A model generated the notes under the pieces. It was not told the origin of the DNA, did no database searches, and saw nothing but the letters and a program-made list of their open reading frames with translations. Below are positions 50,351 through 61,299 of a stretch of 64,000 bases of DNA, in pieces. The translations under genes and the position numbers were made by a program. The DNA is from Prorocentrum cordatum (lineage: Eukaryota). The stretch is taken from the NCBI GenBank assembly GCA_963575745.1, contig CAUYUJ010000126.1:496001-560000 (forward strand), given 5' to 3'. The first letter of the stretch is position 1. Each line of letters opens with the position of its first letter.

Positions 50351-50382
50351 TAGGGGGAACGTTGCACGCACGCCACATATCG

Positions 50383-50383
50383 T

Positions 50384-50445
<62 letters not shown>

Positions 50446-51108
50446 GCATCAGCATCATCATTATCATCAGCATCAGCTACATCATCACAACCATCATCAT
50501 AATCAGCCACCTCAACACCATCATCTGCATCAACATCGTTGTCAACATCATCATCGTCATCGTCTTCACCATCACCGTCATCCTCATCCTTACCCTCACC
50601 TCCATCACCCGCATCAAAAGTATCATCAACAGCGTTATCATCATCACCATCAGCAGCAGCATCATCAGCATCATCATTATCATCAGCAGCATCGTCATCA
50701 ACATCATCATAATCATCATCAGCATCAGCATCATAACCATAATCAGCAGCAGCAGCATCATCATCACCATCAACAACAACAGCAGCCGCATCATCGTCCT
50801 TATCCTCCTCATCATCCTCCTCATTCTCATCGTCTACCTCCTCATCCTCCACCTCCTCATCCTTCACATCCTCATCCTCACCATCATCACCTCGGGGCCG
50901 TCTCGTCACGTAATTGTCAGCAGAAATATACAATCCTCATAATCACCACCACCATCATCACCACCACGATAATCGTCATGATCATCGCCGTCATCACCAC
51001 TACAATAATCATCATCATCATCATCAGCAGCATCATCATCGTCGTCGTCGTCGTCATCGTCATCATCATCATCATCATCATCGTCATACTCATCGTCATC
51101 AGCATCAT

Positions 51109-51140
<32 letters not shown>

Positions 51141-51210
51141 TAATCATCATCATCAACATCAGCATCCGCATCCGCGTCAGCATCACCATCACCATCACCA
51201 CCATCATCAT
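50383..51210. repeat. (CAT)n degenerate trinucleotide repeat
   Basis: Seen directly. Confidence 0.95.
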
Positions 51211-51837
51211 CCGAAAGCTGCATGTTGTCACACCGGGCGGCTCCGCCCGGGTTTCAGGCCTCAGAGATCGATCTGGCTCGAGGCATGCCACAGAAAGATA
51301 ATGATACTTGGCCTGGGGCTCCGGCAGCCATGACTCGTGATGCCGCATCTGTTTGGCAGCGGCGGATCTCAGGTGTTGGGCCTCCTCGCACCTCGGGCTC
51401 GCCACCCAGACCCGATTTGTTCGAGCGCGTCCTCACCAGGACCTCTACGGGGCAGGCCTGCAGGCCATGTCGGCGCGTGTTCGAGGACGACGGCCTCCCG
51501 TCCTTCGCCGTGTCGAGCTCTTCCCTCCTCTCCGCGCGGCCACCCAGGGGGGGCCTCCTCCTCCTCGCCCATCCGGCACGCCAGCCCTGGGGACAGCGAG
51601 CAGTGCCGCAGCTGAGTCGACGGAAGCCGCCCCATTCCCTTCGATCCACTCCTCGCCAGAAGGGAGAGGTGGGGAGGGGGAAAATCCCGCGGAGGCCACG
51701 GAGGGGGGGTCCCCGGAGGGAGGGTCCCCGGAGGGAGGGTCCCCGGAGGGAGGGTCCCCGGAGGGTCCCGGGGAGAGCACCACCCCCACGGCCAAGGGAA
51801 AGGGCGCTGCACCCCTTGATGTCTTGTCTCCCTCAGG

Positions 51838-52016
51838 CAGTCCAAACGCATAAAGAGGATGCGCGGTAAGGATGCAAGGGCCTTGGAATGCCATGGTGAC
51901 GTTCTTCGAACGGGGTTAGCCAGCGAAAGTTGCCAAAGACGGGACGTAAGCGCAAGGATGCACGGATGCACGGGTAACCTTGGGAAGTTGCTCATCCTCA
52001 CTGTGCGCTTTGACTG
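51838..52016 (+). mobile_element. CAGTC-family MITE, about 180 bp, near complete
   Basis: cagtccaaacgcataaagaggatg ... catcctcactgtgcgctttgactg|TA; CAGT termini with TA resemble Tc1/mariner-pogo. Confidence 0.7.
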
Positions 52017-52840
52017 TACCCCTCGAGCTCACAGGTAACGTGATTCGGAATCCAAGTCTCAGGGGCCCGTGCTGGAGCCGTCTTGAGGGTCTCCTGGGCC
52101 CTCATGAAAAAGCTGTGTTGTTGTAATGCGATGTTAGACTTCACTTGCTTTACCTTCAGAAGGCCCACCGAATCGCGCGACCGTCAGACCGTTGCTAGCC
52201 CCCCATCCGAGAAACCCCCAAGGGGGTTCTGAGCGGCCTCCAATAGCTGAAGGCAACGTGCAGGAGCCCTGCTCAGAAGCCTTCAGAAGCTCCGCAAGTT
52301 TCCCAAGCGGCCCCAAAAACACCCCCGACTGGATCCCACAAAAACACAAAAAGGCATCTAAAAGGCCTCTGGTCCACGTCGCCCGCACGATACCAGGACG
52401 GTCCAGATTCGCTTTAATCCCCCTGACGTAATTCAAAGCAACAGGGACCCAACAAGCGCGTTACCACCAACCAGAAATCTAGCAATACCGTAATGGAGTC
52501 GAATGGGGGTCATTCCCTTTAACCTCTCCCCCCGCCCCCATACCACCTCTTCCGTCCTTGCGAATCCCTAGTGAGGGTCGGCGGAAGGAACCGTAAGACA
52601 GAGACCTCCTGCTCCTCCTTAGACGTGGACGGCGAGGATGACGACCGACGGCCGCGGCCGTCGGCGGCGACCCCAGGACACGTCCCGGGGCGCGTCCTGA
52701 CCAAAATTTCCAGGCGGGTTCGGCTAGAACTGCGAGGCCCTGAAGACGCCTAACATCACCTATCTTCGAGCCCCGATCCGCGGCAGCCGATCCTCGGCGG
52801 CGGCGGCGAAAACAACGACAACCACGCGGACGACGACGCG

Positions 52841-52878
<38 letters not shown>

Positions 52879-52896
52879 CTCGCGGGGGCGCCAGGC

Positions 52897-52968
52897 CTTG
52901 GGCCGTCGCTTCCGCCGCGGCGCCTGCGCGGCCTCCCCGCCACCCGCGCCCGCGGCGTCGTCGGGCGC
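52897..52968 (-). CDS. possible micro-exon (APDDAAGAGGGEAAQAPRRKRRPK)
   Basis: cccag|G acceptor, AAG|gc donor, 72 nt, phase 0. Confidence 0.45.
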
Positions 52969-53784
52969 CTGGGCAGCGAAAGGAGGCACGCCCAGGCGGC
53001 GGCAGCAGCTTGCCACGGAGGAGCCGCGCGAGGCTCCGATGGGGGGGGGCGCCGCGCGCTGCCGCGGGACCGGCGGGGCGCACACGGGGAAGACCTGGAG
53101 GGTCTGGGAGGTCTTGAGGAGGAGGAGGCGGAGGAGGCGGAAGGACCAGTGCAAACCTGGGACGCATCAACGATGTTAAGACAGGACCCTCCCTCCAAGC
53201 TCCCTATGCATGGCTCAGCGGTCCCTAGAAGAATATATATATATATATGCATATATATATGTATGTATATATGTTCGTCGCGGGTAAGGCCCCATACAAG
53301 ACAACCGTATGAGGATCTCCGACTGTGCCAAAACACTGCTCCTGGGAATTCCAGATACGGCAACCTTACGACTCCTTGAAACCGCTGTAAACTTTTGAAA
53401 CGAATGTGCGCGGCGCAAAGCGAGAGCCACATTTTGAAAATGAGCCGCCCTCCATCTTTGAAGCTGCTGCCAACTGTTCCGAACGAATGAACGCGGCGTT
53501 AAAGCGAGAGGCACAGTTGGAAGCCACCCGCCATCTATCCTTGAAACTGCTGCGAACTGTTTAAAACGGATGTGCGCTGCGCTAATGCGAGACACACACG
53601 TTGAAATAGAACACCGCCCTCCATCATTGAAGTTGTTGCAAATTTCAAGCTTCAGGATAGAAAAAAGGGCGAGGAATGATTAGGGGGTGCGCCCGTCTCG
53701 CCCTACTGACCCGTCGGGGATTACGAAAGGGAGGAGCTGCTCAGAAGGAAAAGGCATGGAGGACCAGGGTTAGGCTCTGAGGCG

Positions 53785-53819
<35 letters not shown>

Positions 53820-55283
53820 CGGTGGCGGCGGCGGCGGCAGCGGCGGCGGCGGCGGAAAGGACGACGGCGAAGACGAGGACGTGGACAAGGGAGGGGTAGC
53901 CCGCTTAAATGAAAAGTGGAAAGGAGGAGGAGGAGCAGAAGGAGGAGGTCGGAGGAAAGGGAAGGGAGGTGGAGGGGAAGGAGGAGGAGTAAGGAAGAGG
54001 AAAGACAGAGAGAGAGAGGAGGAGGAGGAGGAGGAGGAGGAGGAGGAGGAGGAGGAGGAGGAGGAGGAGGAGGAGGAGGAGAGGAGCAGTAGGAGTCAAG
54101 TTAGCCAGGTCCAGCGAGTCAGAGGGCCCCGCCTATTCCAACCCTCCCTTCCATAGCATAAGAAGGAGGAGTAGGAGGAGGAGAGACGAAGGAAGGAGAG
54201 AGGGGGAGAGGAGGAGAGGCCTTCGGCAGGAAGGGGGAGAGAGGGAGGAGAGGAGGAGGGGAGGAAGGCAGAAGGCAGGAGAGGGAGCAAGAGCAGGAGG
54301 GGCAGCAAGAGGAGGCGGCCCATGACGAGGACGTCAACGAGCGCCTCCTGCCCGGCAGACTGTAGGGAGCAATTGTTTTTCTCACAACAATAAAACCTCA
54401 CGAGAAGTAACCCGACAAGGAAAGGCGCTTAGTCAACGCACCCGAGGAAGGAATCGAGCAGGGATGGGCTGCTTAGCAGACGCCCAAGGCCGCTCAGCAA
54501 ACGCCAGGTATGGGGGTCCGGGAGCTGTTTCCTCCCTTGGCTCTGGACCCGAACGGCCCGCCGCCGAGGCCGAACCCGAGGGTGCCCCTTCGTCGCCGCA
54601 GTCGGTCACCGCCAGTCGCCCCCGAGATCCGACGCCGCCAAAAAACTTCAACACCACGAGCAACCACGACCGGGGCACCAGGCTGAGACGAAATCAGGAC
54701 GAGGACCTAATCGGGCGAGGATAATCCGACAATCTCTGAGATCCGGCGGCTCTGGAGGACGTCTGGGGCGCCGCGGCCTCCTCAGAGCGCTCCAAAACAC
54801 TCTGAGAGCTATCGGAACACGCTGGAAAAGGTTGATCCTCGTCCCAGCCCCATCCTTCTGCGGCACCACTTGAAGCGGATCCATCCGAGATGGCCCCGGG
54901 ACCCGAAGCGTAGCGAGATCAACCTTTGCACAACGGTTGCGACGCCCGTCAGGGGGTGCTAAAGGTGCCCCTGGCCCAGGGTGCCCCCAACTTTTCGCTC
55001 GATTTGGGAGCCCCTGGGGCCCTCTGGGCCTCGTGAGGGGTGCCCTGGAGGCCGTGGAGGCCGTCTTGGAAATCCTGGAGGCACCCTGGGACAGGGGCAC
55101 TTCTAGCAAGCCCCGAGGGGGGACAGCAGGAGGACGAGGACGAGGACGAGCCAAGCACGACGACGAACGGAAGAAAAAAGGAGGAGGACGAGGACGAGCA
55201 CGAGGACGAGGAGGAGGAGGAGGAGGACGAGGAGGAGGAGGAGGACGAGGAGGAGGAGGGGAAGGAGGCGGAGAGGGAGGAGC

Positions 55284-55388
55284 CTGGATCTCAGGGGCCG
55301 TCGGCGCCGTCGGCGGTAGGCGTTCGTCGGTCGGAGGTGGCCGCCGCCCCCGAGGCGCGGCGCCTGCTGCCCGGCGGCCGCCGCCCTC
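55284..55388 (-). CDS. possible micro-exon (EGGGRRAAGAAPRGRRPPPTDERLPPTAPTAPEIQ)
   Basis: gcag|G acceptor, CAG|gc donor, 105 nt, phase 0. Confidence 0.35.
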
Positions 55389-55513
55389 CTGCGGGCCCGC
55401 CGCGGCCCGGGCGGCGGCCCGCCAGCGGACGCCATGGGCCCAGCGCGGGGGCGGCGGGCTTCCCGCGCGTCTCCCGCGCGGTGCGGCGCCGCGTCGCGTC
55501 GGGCTGCTGCGCC

Positions 55514-55551
<38 letters not shown>

Positions 55552-55597
55552 CCGCCGCCGTCGCCGCCGCCGCCGTCGACGCCGTCGTCGCCGCCGC

Positions 55598-55650
<53 letters not shown>

Positions 55651-56689
55651 GGCGAGGGACGGTGGGGCGCCGATCAACGCCCCCGGGGGGGAGGGATCCT
55701 GTAAGAGCCCAGCGGTGGCGCGAGAGGGCCAGATGGCACACAAATCTGCCGGAGTGGGCGAAGCAACGCATGTGCTCCAGGAGGGGGAGGAAGGGAGAAG
55801 GGAGGAGGGAGGAGGAGGAGGAGGAGGAAGGAGGAGGAGGAGGAGGACGGAGGACAAGGAGGAGGAGGAGGAGGAGGAGGAGAAGGAGGAGGAGGAGGGG
55901 GGAGGAGGGAGGAGGAGGAGGAGGAGGAGGAGGAGGGAGGGGGAGGGAGGAAGAGGAGGAGGAGGAGGAGCAGGAGCAGGAGTAGGAGTAGGAGGAGGGA
56001 GCGAGGAGGAGGGAGGGGGAGGAGGGAGGGGACGGAGGGAGGAGGGAGGAGGACAATCCCGCATCAAGGCCGTCCACCGCGACAGCACGGCCGCAGGCCG
56101 ACCGAACCGCGGACACCCCTGTGACGGGGGGCACGGCAAACTCAATATCTGGCGATGTTGGATTTCCGACTGGACCAGCACTTTGGGGGCCCACTCGGGG
56201 ACGTACGATGGATGGGCGCACAGCCTCGATAGGAGTGCGTCCCCACAGCCCCCCCCCTGGGGGTACTCCCGAGCTCGCCTCTTTTCTCTGAGCGGCCAGA
56301 TTCGGAGGGTGGGGAACATGGATGGGGGGAGAGGGAAGGGGGGGGGGGGGGGGGGGGGGGGGCGAGACGTCGCCTGCGACCCTATGGGCCCCCAGCCCTC
56401 GGCGGCTCTCCCTGCCTCCTTTCGTCTTCACCTCCCCCCCCCCAGGGCGCACAGGAGCTTCACTCCCAAATCCCGCCTGCCATATGGGCTGAGGTGGCTT
56501 AGGGCAGATCCTCTTCCAACCCCCTTCGTCCCCGTTGGGGAGGGGTTCATCTCGACTCCAGATTGATCCGCCACCGTGCCTACACAGAGTGGGCGTGTAG
56601 GCTATTGGGGGCTAGTTCCAACACTAACTTGCACAAAAAACAAGAAGGGGCCGAAAACAAACTTCCCCGATGGGGGGGGGTCAAAACAG

Positions 56690-57000
56690 GCCCCCTGGAG
56701 GGGCGCCCAAGAGGCCCCAAGAGGGCCCCCAAGTGGCCCCCAGGAGGCCAGCAAGAGGCGCCCGAGAGACCCCTAATGGGGCCCCAAGGGGCCCCAACAG
56801 GCACCCAAGAGGCACCCAAGACGGCCCAGTACGCACTGAAGACTGCTACGAGGCCCTCAAGAGGTTCCACGGGGCCTCCAAGAGGCCCCCAAGTCGGCCC
56901 AAGAGGCCCCCAAGAATCGCCAGGCCCCCAAGACGCCCCAAGAGGCTTCCAAGAGACCCCGAGAGATATCCCATGAGACTCCGAGAGGCGTCCAAGAAGG
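56690..57000 (+). repeat. CCAAGA-minisatellite fragment (another at about 58200-58370)
   Basis: ccaagaggcccc runs without recognisable head or tail. Confidence 0.7.
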
Positions 57001-59659
57001 CTCTGGCCCACGGAGGTTCCCCGAGCTCTTCAAATGATGTCCCGCTCCCCCGATGGACAGCACCCCTGGGCATCCTTCCTGGATGAGCTGGTTGGGATGA
57101 GCAGAGCGCTACGTGGCACAGACACGATGCCTGGGTTTGCCGCAGACAGCACCCCCTCACCCACCCGCAAACAGCACCCCCTCACCCCCCCTTGCACGCT
57201 CAGCCTCCGGCCACCTGTGCCGGCAGTATCGGACAGGGCGGAGTTTTATCGACCCCATCTGCCCTGTTTTTTGTTTGGAATGTAAGACCGTGCTTCGCAC
57301 CGACATCTTGCCTCATATACACACCTACCAGCGACAAACCATGAACAATGCCAACCCATAGCATCCATGTCAAACAAAACCTGGATACGTTCGGCAATCA
57401 TCTGGATTATGTTCGGGCGCCCCGCGATAAGTTTACATTCTTCGTTGTGGCAAAGACGAGTGCGCAGGGCATCAAATCGGTTGACGCGTGCAGGCCCATC
57501 ATCCCTGTCAGAAATCATTGGGATTTCCACGGTGCCGCAAACTTGGACCATGCGCGGGCGTCCCGCGATCAGTTTTCACTGTTCTTTGACGGGAGTGATG
57601 GACGGGCCCTGGCACACGCGGCGCACCTCGTGGGCGATGCGCACCTGGCTGGCGTCTGCATTGGTTCGCGTTGGCTGTCGATGACGGCCCCTGCCTGTGC
57701 TGAGACTCGGGTGCTACGTGTGTCGCGGGAGAGCGGGTGGGGCTGAGCGAGACGACCGCACTTCGAGAGGGGGGGAGGGTAGCTTGATCACTGCTCCTCA
57801 TGACTACACAAACCCCTCCCCCACCCGACGGTCGACACACCCAGGATGGTGCGCCCCCCCCCATCCCTGTCAAAAAGCCAAAAGCAATGCGAAGGGCGTT
57901 TTTACAGTAAAATCTGGACCGTGCGCGGGCGCCACGTGAACACCATGATTTGCTTGTTTGACAGGGGCGGCGGGGGAGGGGGGGCCTCATATTGCCCGCC
58001 CAAAACCTACCGCCCTTGAAACAAACAACACCATGTACCATACTACACGTTGCGGCAACATCTGGACCGTTCGCGGGCGTCCCATGATCACTTCGCATGG
58101 GCTGCTGACAGGAACGGCGGCGGCGGCGCCCTCAACATGCCCGCTCTGCGCAGACCAACCCTCCGCGTTGCTTGAACATCCCCCCTTCTCTGGTCGATAA
58201 CCTCCCAGGTGCCCCAAAGACGGCCCGCCAGGCCCCCAAGAGGGTCCCAAGAGGCACCAAGAGGCACCCAAGAGGAGGCCCCCTAAGAGGCCCCACTGAG
58301 GGACCGAAGACGCCCCCACATGCCTCCCAAGAGCCAGCCCGGGGCTCCACGACGTCCCAAGAGACCTCTCAGAGTTCAGGGCAGCTCCGCTCGGCATTGT
58401 GCCTGGATGTGCTGGTGGGGATACTTGTTTGATCGCAAGCGCACCCGAAACGCCAGACGCCGTCCGAAAATCGCAACTAGCAAGCTACGGCCTAAATTGC
58501 GCCAGCAGGAAGAAGAGGGAGACGACGAGAGGATAGCGGAGGAGGAACAAACAGGAGGCGGGCCTCGCTGCCGCTTACAGAACGGCGCCGTCGACTGGGG
58601 AGGAAGCCGCCAGTCGGAGTGCAACGCAAAATGGCGGGGGGGGATTCTAGTTGGGCGACTCCGCGAGCGTGCCGGAGGCCAGGGATCACCGGCTCGTAGA
58701 CGCACCACGAGGAGCAGGCGCCAGTGGTCAACGGCCACGCCGTCACGCGGGCAGCGGGCGTACTTCACGCGCTGCCAGCCGTCAACCAACCCACGTGCAG
58801 GCGCTCGACGGACCAAGGTCCAGATCGCCAGACACCGTCGAAGACTGATGTCGAGGCCGCGTTCACGAAGCGGGGGATGCGGACGGACGCGCGCCCACCA
58901 GGTTGGGATCGATCCAGGCGATCGAAGGCCCCGGAGCACACCATGGAAGCGTCCAGCCGCGAGCGTGTCGGATCCCACTTGGGGACCGTCGGGAGGACTA
59001 CCCGCACGGTGGGGGTTCGACCGAGAGGTCAGCAGGCCGCAGGCCGGTGAGGGAGGTCGCAGCAGGCCACGAGCCGCAGGGGGCGGAGAGGCCGAGGCGG
59101 AGAGGGGGCAGCAGAGGGCGGGCGGGCGACCCGAGGTGGCGGCCCGCGCCGGCCGTGCAGCAGGAGGTGGAGCCCAGGCGGCGCCTTTGTGCGGAGCATA
59201 GGCATAGGCCGCTGGGCGGGGGCGCCGTGGCGAAGTAGGCCACGGCAGTGAAACGCCTCCGACGCGTCTGGGACCCCAGAGCCGGTGGCGGGGGCAGAGC
59301 GTCGAAGGGGCCCCGAGCGGCCCACGCTGGGCGGGGGGCAAGGGGGGTGGCCCGGCGCCAGGGAGCGAGGAGCCACAAGCTAGACCGGTGACAAGGGCGC
59401 ACTGGTGGGCAAGGCGCGAGCCCACAGCCCCAGCCGGGGGGCGGGCGAGGGGACCAGCAGGCAAGGGCGGGGGGGGAAGAGCCCGAGGGCGAGGCGCGGA
59501 AAGCGCGGGAGGCCTGCCGTAGAGCTGGCGCCTGCCAGGGGGGGCGACAGAGCCGCAGCGGGGACGGACGAAGAGGCGACTAACGGTCGCAAGCGTATAG
59601 AATGTGCATTTCATGGTCTGAGCTTGCACTCAGGAGTCCCGCCAGGATGAATTCCCCGA

Positions 59660-61240
59660 ATTCCTCCTCTCCCCCTCCTCCTCCTCCCCCTCCTCCTCCT
59701 CCTCCTCCTCCTCCTCCTCCTCCTCTCTCCTCCTCCTCTCCTCCTCCTCCTCCGCCGCTCCTCCTCCTCCGCCTCCGCCTCTCGCCTCCGCCTCCGCCTC
59801 CGCCTCCGCCTCCGCCTCCGCTCCTCCTCTCTCCTCCTCCTCGCCTCCGCCTCCTCCGCCGCCTCCTCCTCCCCTCCTCCTCTCCTCCGCCTCCTCCTCC
59901 TCCTCCTCCTCCTCCTCCTCCTCCGCCTCCTCCTCCGCCTCCGCCTCCTCCTCCGCCTCCGCCTCCTCCGCTTCCTCCGCCTCCGCCTCCTCCTCCTCCT
60001 CCTCCTCCTCCTCCTCTTCTTCTTCGTCTTATTCTTATTGTTTTTCTTATTATTCGAAGTATTCGTATTGTTCGTCTTATTACTCGTATTGGTATTCCTA
60101 TTAGTATTCTTAGTCTTAATATTCTTCTTATTATTAGTATTCTTATTCGTATTATTCTTCTTAGTATTAGTATTATTATTAGTAGTATGAGTATTATTCT
60201 TATTCGTCTTATTATTATTCTTATTATTATTAGTATTCTTATTCTTATTAGTATTATTATTATTAACAGCATTATTATTATTAATAATAATATTAGTACT
60301 ACTATTATTATTAGTATCAGTATTATTTTTATTATTATTAATATTATTATTAGTATTAGTATTACTATTGTTATTATTAGTATTCTTCTTATTATTCGTT
60401 TTATTATTATTCTTCTTCTCCCTCCTCCTCCTCCTCCTCCTCCTCCTCCTCCTCCTCCTCCTCCTCCTCCTCCATCCTCCTCCATCCTCCTCCATCCTCC
60501 TCCATCCTCCTCCATTATTATTAATAATAATATTAGTACTACTATTATTATTAGTATCAGTATTATTTTTATTATTATTAATATTATTATTAGTATTAGT
60601 ATTACTATTGTTATTATTAGTATTCTTCTTATTATTCGTTTTATTATTATTCTTCTTCTCCCTCCTCCTCCTCCTCCTCCTCCTCCTCCTCCTCCTCCTC
60701 CTCCTCCTCCTCCATCCTCCTCCATCCTCCTCCATCCTCCTCCATCCTCCTCCATCCTCCTCCTCCTCCTCCTCCTCCTCCTCCTCCTCCTCCTCCTCCT
60801 CCTCCTGCACCTCTACCTTACTCCACCTCCCTCCTCCTCCTCCTCCTCCTCCTCCCTCCTCCTCCTCCCCTCCTCCTCCTCCTCCTCCTCCTCCTCCTCC
60901 TCCTCCTCCTCCTCCTCCTCCTCCTCCTCCTCCTCCTCCATACTATTATTCGTAGTATTCTAATGTGTCTTCTTCGTGTCAGAATTCTTATTGTTATAAA
61001 GTATCAGTATTGCTAAGCTTCGTATCGTATCAATAGTAGTATGCTTATGCTTCGACGTGTTATTACTATTATTATGTGTAATCGTATTAGCCTCCTCCTC
61101 CTCCACTGCCCCTCCCTCCTCCCCCCCTGCCCTTCCCTCACTCCCTCCTCCCTCTTCCTCCTCCTCCTCATCCTTCTCCTCCTCCTCCTCCTTCTGATCT
61201 TCCTCCTCCTCCCTCCTGCCTCCTCCCTCTCTGCCCCCGC
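59660..61240. repeat. (CCT)n and (TAT)n simple-repeat block with an exact 240-bp tandem duplication
   Basis: 60274-60513 repeated at 60514-60753. Confidence 0.95.
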
Positions 61241-61299
61241 CTCGGCGCCCCTCCACCAGCACAGCGGGCTCGAGGCGCTGCTGAGCAAGCTCCCCCCTC

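Noticed and set aside
50262..51405. Poly-Asp/Met/Ile/His ORFs
   Set aside because: Products of (CAT)n repeats.
58320..59629. 293-aa and 417-aa ORFs
   Set aside because: GC-rich and open on both strands with no recognisable family; may hide exons but unsupported.
59580..60963. Poly-Pro/Ile/Asn ORFs
   Set aside because: Products of (CCT)n and (TAT)n repeats.
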